Part shown: positions 12,131 to 23,995 of the stretch, piece by piece
How the letters are laid out: the number at the start of each line of letters is the position of its first letter
Position numbering within the stretch: the first letter of the stretch is position 1
From: Callorhinchus milii
Lineage: Eukaryota
Reading direction: 5' to 3'
Length of the DNA stretch: 64,000 bases
Assembly: GCF_018977255.1 (NCBI RefSeq)
Contig: NW_024704745.1
Location: 26,722,001 to 26,786,000 of the forward strand
Notes under the pieces: generated by a model
Told to the model about the DNA's origin: nothing
The model's database searches: none
Seen by the model: the letters and a program-made list of their open reading frames with translations, nothing else
Translations under genes and position numbers: made by a program

Positions 12131-12378
12131 AATTGATAGTGGGAAGCTGTGTGATTGTTTTGCTATCTCGACTTCCAAAAGGCATTTCACAAAGTATCAC
12201 ATGGAAGTATCACAAACTGAGGTCAATGTGCATCAAGGGCAAGACATGGACATGCATTCAGAAAAGTGTGAAGAAAAGGAAGATGAGGGTAGTTGTTAAG
12301 GGCACCAGATCAAAACTGGGCACCTATTAAGTAGGAGACAGACTCAAGAGTCTGTGATGGGTCCTCTCCTATTCCTGT
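12131..12378 (+). mobile_element. CR1 RT-domain fragment
   Basis: Frameshifted YLDFQKAFHKVSH...KLRSMCIKGK...RKMRVVVKG...QESVMGPLLFL. Confidence 0.75.
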
Positions 12379-15011
12379 CTGTGTGTAAGAACTCACTACC
12401 TGCTGTCCTAGCTGAAACCGCACAAAGACCAATGCTTACAGATTGCAACTGTTTTATTCTACACTTCAGCTGTTCTGTTACAAATAACTTCCAATCCATA
12501 ATTTCATACGGTGCAATACATGCAGTGTGATGAGATTACAATATGTAGTACTGACAGATGACTGTTGTCAATTATATGTTTACTTAGAGATTTTAACTGA
12601 TATGATTGCTTGATTTTGTCACTCTAAGTTGTGTGAGGTGAATTCTTGTGGAATTAATTGTTCACCCACTAGAGTCACATCTGTTACTGATAAATATTGG
12701 CTATGGCAGCAGTAGAGATGTTTGAAGCCAAAGCCTTGTTTCTACCAGAGTGAATAACGTTATTGAGGAAAAATTACAAATAGAAACAATAGGGTTAAAT
12801 TTGGTATCACTATAATAATTATGTTATCTAACGGAAAGAGGCCAATCCCTGATCCTTCACAATGATGTACTCAGCAACAAAATCTAGGATAATGAATTCT
12901 TTATTGAAAAGTTGGTATCCTGTTAACTAGCAGTCGAAGGCCCAAATCAGTGGACTGGGCTGCTTGGATTTCACCATTGAAATTGCATGGTTGTCCAGTC
13001 CATTTAAGTGATGAATAAAACATGGGCCATATCCTTCACCCCAATAATTCTAAACCTGCAAGGGCAACAGCTACTTTTATATATTTAAGCAAAATTGGAT
13101 AAATGAGGGACAGCATGTAGCACGTTAAAGGGTTTGGTGAGGATATGCGGATATCCTCAATTGGATCTGACCTTTCTCAAATAGGTTGAGTGCACATGTT
13201 CAGGTAATTTGAATGTTGTACTTTCAGGCAATGTGATTGATTATAAAATTGCCGTGGGCTCAGAGGGAGTGTTTCCAATGGGCTTTCATCTTTTTTATAA
13301 TTATGTAATTAATGCAAGAATTATTAGTCATGTATCTCAAATTTACAGCACAACTCAATTATGCAAGATTCTAAGAATAACAGTAATGTTACAGTTAATT
13401 TTGCAGAGTGCTGTATTCAAATCTTTCAGAGCTAAGCTATAATTTTAGGATTTAAATCTCCTACAGGACTCTTCTTTTTTTGGAACAAATCCTGATGCAT
13501 CCAGCGAGAGAAAATGCGATTCCTGTGGGAGTTTCCTGATTTGTATAGGATCTGAGTGCATCCCAAAGGACAGTTTAAAATCCTGTGGGGGAGTTGCAAG
13601 AGGAGTTATCAGATGCAACAGAGCTCAGTCTCACAAAGCTCCACCGATAAATACATCCAGTGAAGTAATTGGGGCAGACATCCTGCTATATTGTGATATA
13701 GCTGAGCACAGGTTTTGCACAGAAAAAGTAATTAATAATTGTGTAGCTGGGCTGTCCTTTAAACCATTACAATTCAACCATCACTAATGACTGGCAATTT
13801 GTTGCTTGACAGTTTCACTGAACAAAATGTAACAGTTTCTTTTAAATTAATTTTACATGAAATTGTTTCTGCAAATCTGCATTGCTTCTTCTCCCCCCCC
13901 CCAGTGATGTGTGCTACCAAAGGCAAAGAGAGCACACTCAGCTGAAAGAAAGAATAACCACTGGAAGCATCATTCCAAGTAAAGTGTGCTTGGAGAAAGA
14001 AATCTGCACTGTGATCGATTGGAGCTGAAGCCTGGGGCCCAATGGTACAGACATGATTAGTCATTTAGGGGAGCTCTGATGACTTCATTATCAACTGATG
14101 ATTCACGCGACAACATAAAGGATTATAATATATACTCTCTTCAAACAAAACTGATGGAAAGGACTGCAGCAACCACCAAGATAACATTTCTGTCAGTATG
14201 GACTTGACAGTATATTACCCATGTTTCACGTATTTGATACTCTTCATGTTTTGTTTTAATGTTACTGCAAGAGAAAGGGTGAAGTGCTCAACAGAGTAAT
14301 TAAAGTGCAATACAATATGATGTCTCATTATTTCAAGAACTGAGATATTTACGCTGTTTAATTCTGAAGCTGAAAAGCCCAGGCTGGAGATTTATGACTG
14401 GGAGAATTTAAGCCATTTCATGCTAAAGATTCATCAATACAGAAGGTAGAGGCCAATGCATTTTCCTTGCCTTCTACAGTTAGCTTTAATTATGATGAAG
14501 AGATGGTATTGTTCCCATTTGTATCTTGAAAACCATTATATTCGGTGTACAAGACAGGTTCCATTAGCCAAATAAGAGATAGCATGCAGAAACTGCAGCT
14601 CTGAGCACTAGGTTTCTCCAAAAGGTGGTTAGTTTGGTGGGTTAACTTGTGCAGTCCTGAGAAACCTAATTACAAGTTTCAATCACCTGATAATTTACTG
14701 ACTATCACTTACTATAAAGGAAGTGTTACAGTTTGTAACAAAATCATGTTCTGAAGGATTAAGCTTCATTTGAAATATATTCATATGATCATCACTAACT
14801 TGGACGTATATATGTAGTTATTCTACATTAAAGTGAAAAGAGGGCCTGATTTTTCAAAGGAAAAACAAATGCTTTGATTAGGCTAAATCTTGAATAATCC
14901 TTTTAAAAGTGACCACCATGAGAAGTTATAGTTGATCTATACTTTAGAACCATATTTGAGGTTGTGGAAGAATTAGAGATCAGTGATTTTTACCTGAGCA
15001 ACAGGGAATCA

Positions 15012-15654
15012 TAATAATAATAATCCTTGCATTTGATATGGCACTTTCACATCTTCTAGACATCTCCTGTAGTCCTGTAGCTCAGTGGTTAGAGCACTCA
15101 CTTTGCAAGCGAGAGACCTGAGTTCAATTCCAGGCAGAGGGCGAAACCTTGGGCAAGTTTCCTTACTTCACACGCCTAATAATATTCCCTCCAAAAAAAA
15201 AACAGTAATAAATTGGTCATTTTCAATCTAAGACTGCTTGTGGGACACTGCTGTGCGCAATTGGCTGCCGCGTTCGCCCACAAATATACAGTCAATTCAC
15301 TTTACAGTATATTCTGTGAAGCGCTTTGAGACGTCTAGAAGACGTGAAAAGCACAATATCAAATGCAAGAATTATTATTATTATTATTATTATCTCAAAG
15401 CGCTTCACAGAATAGACTGTAACATGAATTGACTATATATTTGTGGGCGAAATTCGGCAGTCAATTGTGCTGTCCCACAAACAGTCCCACAAACAGTCAT
15501 GGATTGAAGTGACCAATTTATTATTGTTTTTTTTGAGGGATTATTATCAGGTGTGTGGAGTAAGTAAACTTGCCCAAGGTTTCGCCCTGCCGGGAATCGA
15601 ACCCAGGTTCTCGCTTGCAAAGCGAGTGCTCTAACCACTGAGCTACAGGATTCC
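15012..15654 (-). mobile_element. Young tRNA-Ala-headed DeuSINE, interrupted (15012-15066 plus 15392-15654)
   Basis: Head ggaatcctgtagctcagtggttagagcactcgctttgcaagcgagaacctgggttcgattcc on the reverse strand at about 15592-15654. Tail piece at 15012-15066. Confidence 0.9.
15067..15391 (+). mobile_element. Young full-length tRNA-Ala-headed DeuSINE
   Basis: A box TAGCTCAGTGG, TGC anticodon loop, B box GTTCAATTCC, Deu 3' text tgctgtgcgcaattggctgccgcgtt, L2-like tail and (TTA)n. Flanked by duplicated atctc. Confidence 0.92.
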
Positions 15655-15916
15655 ACAATCATATCAATAGATTCAATTTCACGGGAAAAGCCATAAACAG
15701 AGGATAATAGATGAATATACCAAATTTCTTGAGAACCTATTTAAGGTAATGGGAGAATAAGATTGTGACATTCAGGCTTTATTGGAGAAGGTATAAATGA
15801 TATATAATATATATTATCCCATTGCATGTATAGATATGTATACATATATACACGCACACATACACACACACAAATAAGAAAATCACACATAATCCTTTAC
15901 CAATATAGTTAAATGT

Positions 15917-15982
15917 GGGGCTGGGGGTGGGAGTGGATGGGGGCGGTGGGGGGGGGGGGATGGGAGTGGGTGAGAGGTGGGG
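15917..15982 (+). repeat. G-rich low-complexity tract (G-quadruplex-compatible)
   Basis: More than four runs of at least 3 G with short spacers. Lies near a short (CA)n at 15855-15872. Confidence 0.7.
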
Positions 15983-16121
15983 AAGCGATACAGGAAGACC
16001 AAAGAGAAACCCAAATGTTCCAAAATAATTCAGGAAAATGAGAAGGAAGTAAATCTTAAAAGTAAAAGATGCAGAAAGGTAATGCAGGATGCAGAAACAA
16101 TTATAAAATTGAGAATTAATT

Positions 16122-16187
16122 CAACAACAACAACAAAATTACATTTATAGAGCACCTTTCATGTCAGTACGACGTCCCAAGGCGCTG
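16122..16187 (-). mobile_element. Isolated L2 3' hairpin plus (TTG)n tail
   Basis: Matches 538-605 and ends at the hairpin boundary aaggcgctg. aattca is duplicated at 16118-16123 and 16189-16194. Confidence 0.85.
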
Positions 16188-16769
16188 AAATTCATAGTGG
16201 ATATCAACTAAAATTGAGAAATTTCACAATTTCACATATTCACAAAGGACAAAATAGCAACTATTTAAGTGCTGATAAGTGACTGCATCCCTGAGTTAGA
16301 TGGTTTCATTCTAATAATAGTCGTAGCTTTACTACTATTACATTAATCCTGTATAACTAAAAGAAATAATAAAAAAAACATTTTGCCAAAAACTGTTTTA
16401 ACTTTTGGAAACAAAAATAAAGCACAATTTTAGACAAAAATACATTTATCAAAGATTTAAATAGTTTTGTCAATAGTTGACATTTTTACATTCAGAAACC
16501 ACTGAATGAGTATTGGCATCTCTCAATATTAATAGAGTCAGGTAAATACAAGTGTTAAAAACTAAGTCATGGAGGGAACAGAGTGGTGAGGCAGGGAGAA
16601 ATACAATAGTATGGAAAAACTTTTAAACACTTTACGCACAAAACCTTTCACTCTGTGGTGCACTGGGTATCCCAACCAATTAAGCAGAGATGCAAGAGAT
16701 GGATTTGATCTCATGGAAAACACAGTAATCATAATAAGAATGATCCTTCAGAACATGGGGTAATTAAGA

Positions 16770-17225
16770 ATTCAGAAAACGTTATCCCTAGATGGAATGT
16801 GTCAAGGAGTAATGAATGAAAATAAACTGGAACTAAAGGGTGGTGTGAAAGAAATGCTGTGAAGCTCATGGATAAAGGCCTGGAATTAGATGGCAAAATC
16901 ACTAATGTGATTACAATCTTCTACAAAGGTCAGAATTATGGTTTGGGGAATTATAGGTCTACCGGGTTTACATCTTTAATGGGAAAAAATATTGAAGTCT
17001 ATTATGAAGGAAGCAATTCAAGAGCATTCAGAAAGAGTAAAAGCAATAAATTCCAGCTAAGATGGATTTATGAAAGGAAGGTCATGCCTAGCAAATTTAT
17101 TGGAAATCTTTCAGGATGCAACAGAATTAGTGAATGAAGGCAATGTGGTTGACATTATACATATTGATTTTCTGAAACCATTTGACATGGTCACTCACCA
17201 GAGATTTGCAGATGAAGTGAAAGAG
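16770..17225 (+). mobile_element. CR1 RT-domain fragment
   Basis: ORFs read NVITIFYKG...GNYRSTGFTSLMGK and MKGRSCLANLLEIFQDATELVNEGNVVDIIHIDFLKPFDMVTHQR. Confidence 0.85.
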
Positions 17226-18780
17226 GTCCATGTGGGTCCTGAACCTAAATCTAAATGGATGGGCTGACCTGCGTGGGATTAATGTCTTTTTTCTCATCCC
17301 TTCTCTCTTCTTTTCTATTAATCCTTTGGCAAACTGCACCTGCACCTTCTGGATTAGGCCAAAGTTCAGATTTTTCTGAATAAATCCATACCGTCATGCA
17401 AAGAAGGCCCTCAATAGTCACACTAACAGCACTGACAACCCACTTATACTATTTGCTGTGGTGATGATTTGACGTTAAAATCTATAAACATCCTAACAAA
17501 TATTTTAAAAATAACATATCTACTTATAAAATATATGCACAAACAAATCTCTGTTGTGCTTTTACAAAATGAAATAAACTGACATCTCTGTATTAAGTCT
17601 CTCTCGGAGAGTCTACAACATCAACTGGAATTTATATAGCGCCGTTCACATCTCAGAGAACTTGAATAGTCTAGAATGTCGAGCAAATCTCTAACAGCAG
17701 AAGTCTAGAAAAGCTCTAAGAGCAAACCCAATGTTTTCTTAACTTTCTGCTCTCTTCTGACTGTAGAACTAATGGTTTTCCACAGAATTTTCTGGTCAGA
17801 CATTGTTAAAAGCAGTGAAGTCTTCTTCAGATGTTGTTCACTTACGTACCAGCTCCCAAGTTTTCTTGTTTTAAAAGTCCGACACACCAAGGTCCACTGT
17901 GCAGCAGACCACTAATGTTACAAAGAGTGGGAGAGATGGTTGGTTACATTGTCCTCACTGTCTGAGGGATATGTTGGTTGAAATAATTAAATATGTTAGG
18001 TGAAATAAATATGTTTTGGCACTTGAGTCTGTTAGAGGTTCAAAAGTGCAGTCAATCAATGTATTGACTCCATCGCAATGGTTGGGTGTAAAGCCAGTCA
18101 CAGCACACAATAATATGCCAGTGAGCAGCTGAACTCAAGAAAAATAAAGTAAAACCAGTATCTCATTATCTCCATAGTCCAATCCACAGGTCAGTAGTTC
18201 AAGGAAGGCCTTGGCCAGCTTTGGGCCAAATCATCAAATGGAGTTGGAAGATGGGTGGAGTTACACTCATTGATAATTAAGTTATTGACTGCCCACATTT
18301 TTTCAATGATCTGTATATTAACACATTGTGGGATACCAACTACACCCATGTCTAGATTTATTCTATTAACGTAGTTTTTCTGAGCTTTTGGGATTTGTTA
18401 AATTATTGAAGTCAGCCTTATCTCTGAAGTTAGTTCTCTGCAGTTCTTCAAATAATTTACAGAAATCCTGCTTCAAAATTAAGGCTGTATTTAAGAATTT
18501 GCTCAATTATGGATGCTTTAAATTAACAGAGTAAACCTGGACACAAATGGAATTTTATCCCTTGCCTGTTGCAATTTTTAGCTCATGTGATTTTCAGTCA
18601 ATAAATCCATTCTTCTTGTGCCCTCGTAGCTGGTATAAAATAGTAGAGTACAGAAAATAAACTTGGGACAGTATATTTAAATATACCAAGGCAGTAGGGC
18701 AAACAGACACTAAAATTGGGCTACAAAGGACATTTCAATTTTGTAGTACACCATAGGGTCTAATATGGGGCAATTTATAG

Positions 18781-19635
18781 CAGCAACAACACAGCAACAA
18801 CAACATTACATTTATAGAGCAGCTTTCACGTTGGGAGGATGTCCCAAGGCGTTGAACAGTCAAGGGTCAGGACCCAAGTCACCCGAGCAAGAGGGAGGAG
18901 TGGGGTATGGGTGAGGGGAAAGCAGGGAGGTGGGAGGGCGACCAAAGGCACGATTGAAGAGGAGGATCTTGAGACCGGCCTTGAAGGAGACAAGGGGGGA
19001 AGCGAGGCAAAAGGACTGTGAGATGGAGTTCCAGAATGTGGGGGCAGAGAGACTGAAAACTCGGCCACCGATGGTGGGGCGGGAAACATGGAGCAGACTG
19101 GAGCCCGCTGAACGGAAGGAGCGGGTAGATTGGTAGGGAGTCAGCAAGTCAGAGAGGTAGGAGGGGGCAAGGCCAGGGATGGTCTTGAAAGCGAGGACAA
19201 GTATCTTGGATTTGATCCTCTGACGGTTGGGGAGCCAGTTGAGTTGGGTGAAGGTGGGAAGGTCACGGAGCCTGGTGTGGAAGAGTACACGAGCTGCAGA
19301 GTTTTGGATGATCTGCAGCTTGGAAGGGAAGAGTTGGGAAGGCCGATGAGGAAGGAGTTTCCATAACTGAGCCTTGATGTGACGAATGTGTGGGTAAGGG
19401 CTTTGGCAGCCTGAGTGGTGAGGCAATGGCGGAGTCTTGCAATGTTGCGGAGGTGCTGGTAGGCAGTGTCGGTCATGGTGCGGATATGGGGGAGAAAGGA
19501 CAGTTCAGGGTCAAGCAGGACACCCAGGTTCCTGACTGGCTTAGTGAGGTTGAGTGTGCAGCCGTGGATGCTGATGCTGTCAGCACGCAAGGTGCGGAGG
19601 TGCTGGCACGACTCAATCAGGAGAGCCTTGGTCTT
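18781..19635 (-). mobile_element. L2 LINE 3' portion
   Basis: ORFs 19141-19665 and 18860-19426 read KPVRNLGVLLDPELSF...HLRNIARLR...QIIQNSAARVL...WLPNRQRIKSKIL...FWNSI. (TTG)n-like tail at 18781-18805. Confidence 0.92.
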
Positions 19636-20139
19636 GCAATTCGCTATACAAGCCTTAAATTGCAAATACCTTCTGGTGATCAGAAGTGCATCATGCCTAT
19701 TCAGGCTCTCACACTATGTTATCAAAAGGAATCTCCATTTTAAACTCTGACTCACCATTACTGATTTCTGTCACAACTTACCCCCATAGAGTATTAGCTC
19801 CTCAAGAGGTATTTCTTGACACAGAGACTTAAACGGAAGGACTTTGAAGCCAAGGTATGTAATTCCTTGAAGGAACAGCTGAAACCTGTAATGTAAAGAA
19901 GGTATATTTTACATGATATTTGGGATTGATTTAAATTAAATGGCTTAAAGGAGATTATTCATCTGGATTTTTCTTGTAATTGATTGAAATCAGGACACAA
20001 TGATCAGTTGATGTCAAGGTCGAGTTTATAACAAATTTTGATTGTAGAGGGAAGGGAATTCTGTGAGAGGTAAGGAGTTCCAGTCCTAGAAAGAAAATAG
20101 AGAACGGTATTCTATTTCAATATGGAGGATTTCATTGGT

Positions 20140-20362
20140 GAACTGGATCTGACACATGATAACCCATCTTCATACATATCCATACCAGACTGAGAGTTCA
20201 GCACATGTATGCCATCTATGCATGAACATTTCTGTGCGTCGAGAATGGAATACATACTTGCTCCCTGGAGGAATGCAACCTGCCTACCTAATTCCAGAGA
20301 GTATTGGGCATAGGTCGGTGAGAGCCAAGACTTGAGGAAATAGAATTAAACCCCAGAGTGAG
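20140..20362 (+). repeat. Unclassified ancient interspersed repeat, copy 1 of 4
   Basis: acatgtatgcca.ctatg...cctaattccagagagt...gagagccaag...ccccagagtg aligns with 43300-43446. Confidence 0.75.
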
Positions 20363-21232
20363 GAAATAGAGTGCATTGTGCAGTATATTTGCTCCCTGGG
20401 ACACTATCCTGCATGAAGAGCGCCATATAAATGCAAGCTGCTGCTGTTGTGTTTCGAGCCACAGGTTCCTTCAGCAGAAAGGTAATTGTGTATACTTGTT
20501 GTAATCCTATGAAAAAAAGGGACAGTTTCTGGTTGCTTTGAGCAAGATACGCTACATTGGCATTCCTCAGTTGGGAGACGATGGCAACCTTATAGTGATT
20601 TGCCACAAGCTAATGTTGCTAAGAGTTTGATACCAAAGGATAAAACAGCATGCTGAGTGACCTACAGCTCAGCACTGGAACTTAAAAGAATAAATTGTGT
20701 CCTTAGGATTGATTTATATGGACATTTTTGTAAATTATCCTAGAGGAATTTCCTTTAAATGGCTCTACCCTTCTTCACAAGTAAATCTGTTGTAGGTTTT
20801 AGTTTGTATTAATTGTTGTTATGTTAGCAGTCCAGTGAGATTCCTTTATGGTGGGCTTCAATAATGTGACACATTTGGCTATAATGTGGAAGCACTGTGG
20901 AAACGCAGTATACTGAAGTATGATATTCTTCCTACGCTGACTGGATGGCTCTCTGTGCCTGGTGCACGGATTGAATGAACCTCCTGAAGGCAGCGACATC
21001 CCTAGCAATTGCTGAAGAAGGTCAGGAGAGAGAGAGCGTGTGACCAGCTGGATTTCTGCCTGTGGCACACAGACATACCAGGGCTTGGTGAGGTCAGCAA
21101 CAACACTGACAGCCCTGGAAGTACTGGTGAATAACTGCCCTGCAGCATGCCCCAATTCTAATGCAGGGTCTCATTTTATGACCCCATATATAATGGGGTT
21201 GGACTGTACTGTAAGTTAGAAGAGATAACTTA

Positions 21233-21705
21233 GTCACCAGAATGATACAAGGGCTTAAAGGGTTAAATTATGAGGACAGGTCGCATAAACGTGATCTGTA
21301 TTTCCTTGAATTTAGAAGGTTGAGGGGTGATCTGATTGAGATTTTTAAAATAATAAAGGGATTTGATAGGGTAGATACAGAGAAACTATTTCCTCTGGTG
21401 GGGGAATCCAGATCAAGGAGGCATAATCTTAAAATTAGAGCTAGGCCATTTAGGAGTGAAATTAGGAAGCAGTTTTTCACCAAAAGGATAGTGGAAATCT
21501 GGAATTCTCTCCTCCAAAAGGCTGTGGATGCGAGATCCATTCACATCTTCAAGATAGAGTTGAATAGATATTTGTTAGGTCAGGCTATTAAGCGATATAG
21601 GGCAAGGGCAGGTAACTAGACTTGAAGTGCAGATCTGCCATGATCTTATAAAATGGTGAAAGAGGCTCGAGGGACTAAATAGCCTACTCCTGTTTCTATG
21701 TAGTT
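21233..21705 (+). mobile_element. CR1 LINE 3' end
   Basis: ORF 21242-21619 reads MIQGLKGLNYEDR...LEFRRLRGDLIEIFKIIKGFDRVD...FFTKRIVEIWNSL, followed by the CR1 3' UTR. Confidence 0.92.
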
Positions 21706-21867
21706 TGTGTACTGTAAAGTATACAGCAAATAGAAGGATAAAGTGTAAAGAATATATACGTAGAACCGATCGCCACTTAAAATTATTTATACAATTGTAA
21801 CTTAAATTTTAGCTGATGATTAAATCAAAATAAGGTTTCATGAAGTTACAGGTAGTACAAATTATCC

Positions 21868-22065
21868 AATAATAATAATCCTTGCATTTGATATTGCACC
21901 TAATGACATTGTTGAGACATCTCAAAGCACTTGACAGAATATACTGTAAAATAAATTGACTGAATATTTTGTGGCAAAATGCAGCAGCCAATTGCTTATA
22001 GCAGTGTCCCACAAACAGACGGGGATTGAGTGACCAAATTATATTTTTTGAGGGATTATTCCCCT
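21868..22065 (-). mobile_element. DeuSINE 3' half
   Basis: (AAT)n-ccttgcatttgata...gcagccaattgc...gtcccacaaacag matches the young SINE. Confidence 0.85.
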
Positions 22066-23273
22066 GGAAAGCGATCCACCAATTGACTAACAACCGGTTT
22101 CAAAAACAAGAGTTACAAACTATAAAAACTGACCTTAAAATGTGCCTGTAATGAAAATGTGTAAAATAGCACACAGCCTTTATAACACGGGCATCTACTT
22201 TGTATCGAACCCATTTATAGTGCAATGCACATGTGATGACTAAATCCCAGTCTACAGTTTATGAGTGGCGCATTGAACGATAGCATGACCGTGTGGTTTG
22301 CTTCAAAGCGCCACTCCATGTCTCACATCCCCAATAGAGAAAGGCTCTGTTGCCATAACTTGAGTCAAGCATTTCAGAGAGAGGCTTTGTTTAAATTCTG
22401 AACATTTTCTATCAATAAAACAGTTGTATTAATATTTCTGTTAGTGTGCTTATGTTCTAAGTGATACAATGAGTACACTCTCTGCAGGCATTATGATAAC
22501 AGAGAGTCCTGTTGATTGTAGCAAAGATCAACTGCTTTCTAACAGATTAGAAGGTGTCTTGTGACCCAAAACAGACCAATCTTATTCGAGAGTGATTACA
22601 TCATGATTTATAATAACGGGGGTTAAAGGGGTTGGATTTTGGTTACTATGGCTGGTGAGACAAACAGAAACACTGTTGTGAAAATCTCTCACCAATGAAA
22701 GAAACACACAAAGCACCATCATTGGAACAGTTTTCTATTTCCTCTATGATTACAGCTTGTTATATAAAAAAGCTATAACAAAAACAAGCCTGTTCATTTT
22801 CATTGCCTTGTATAGTGTTTTTTTAAGTGGTTGGAGTGAGATTGAAGCCTTTTGCTTCAATTGTTGAAAGTGGGTAATCATTATACAGGATTGCTAGTAA
22901 CATAGAGCCTGAATAGCGATTGCTAAATTTGTATATTGTTTCTGTTTCCACTGCCATTGATCATTTCAATGGGGTCTGTAAAAGTATTAGGAAAGAATGA
23001 AGAATAAACTAGTTGGGACAGTGAGAATACTATCTTTCACTTGAGCAGCAGGTCATAGAGTGAGATTGTGCGGAAAACACTGCTGGTTGTACAATGATAT
23101 GAAATTATACTGATGCTGCCATAAGGTTCAGTGTTTAGATACAGGTTTCTTAGAAATCCCTCATAGCTATAAACAAACAGGACTTCTCATTATAACAATT
23201 CTTTTAGTCTTTAGATAACTGAGTTGATTCCTTGAATTAGGTAACTTAGGGGTACATTGTAGATTTATCTTAC

Positions 23274-23392
23274 TAATTGTGCCAGAGGCAGAACTCCTCT
23301 CCTCGATATCATGCTCAATGGTGATGTCTGAGGAGCAGGGCCGTGGCTGTAGTTTGCAGTGGACGCAATACTGGCTGCTCAAATTTTCTATT
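23274..23392 (-). other. Candidate internal exon (119 nt; open as IENLSSQYCVHCKLQPRPCSSDITIEHDIEERSSASGTI)
   Basis: Branch-like ctaac plus ttttacag acceptor and TTA|gtaaga donor, locally GC-richer. It ends in phase 1, compatible with 7676-7941. Coding status unproven. Confidence 0.25.
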
Positions 23393-23609
23393 CTGTAAAA
23401 AGTTAGTTTTGTAAATATCTGGCAGTCAAAAACCTTTCCCGAAACCGTGGGGGGGAGGGGGTTGGGGGGAAGCAATCCGCCTCTTTCACATTCAAATGAT
23501 AAAACAAAAATTGATCTCACTATCTCTGACTTAAATTTGCAATCTTAGCCACTTATTAAATCTGTGTCTGACTCTTCAATTGTGATGCCTTAGTAAGAAC
23601 CATATCTAA

Positions 23610-23995
23610 TTCTTGCATTTTGATATAGCACTGTTTAGAAGGACATCTCAAAGTGCTTCACAGAATTTACTGTACAGTGTAGTGACTGTACTTTGTAAGC
23701 AAACACGACACCTAATCTGCACACAGCAATATCCCCAAAAAACATCTATGAAGTGAATAACCAATTTTATCTGAGGGATTGCTGAGTAACACACCTTAAG
23801 AAACTCCCTTCAAACTTCTCTTATTGGGACAGAGAAACTAAATCTGTTTCAATGCTTCCAAGACAGTCGGCAGGAGGAAAGAGGCTGAAGGATGTAAAGG
23901 GCAATTTTAAGATAGATATCAGGAAATATTTATTTACCTAGACAGTAATTCACCACTGTATATTGTGTAGTAAGAAAAGATTGTGCAAATTGAAG
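23610..23995. mobile_element. DeuSINE 3' fragment (-, about 23610-23785) next to a decayed CR1 fragment (+, about 23828-23995)
   Basis: cttgcattttgatatagcac...aagtgcttcacagaa is the SINE tail. gatatcaggaaatatttatttacc (DIRKYLFT) is CR1-like. Confidence 0.6.

Noticed and set aside
15069-15145. tRNA-Ala(TGC) gene (also 15585-15654, 39751-39825, 40150-40225, 51455-51530)
   Set aside because: No acceptor stem, and each continues into an identical SINE body. These are SINE heads.
20799-21155. 118-aa minus-strand ORF in a GC-richer patch
   Set aside because: Non-ATG start, no recognisable domain and no clear donor site.
21175-21212. Hairpin accccat/atggggt followed by ttggactgta, like a Tc1/mariner-type end
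   Set aside because: No matching second terminal inverted repeat found. Too short to call.
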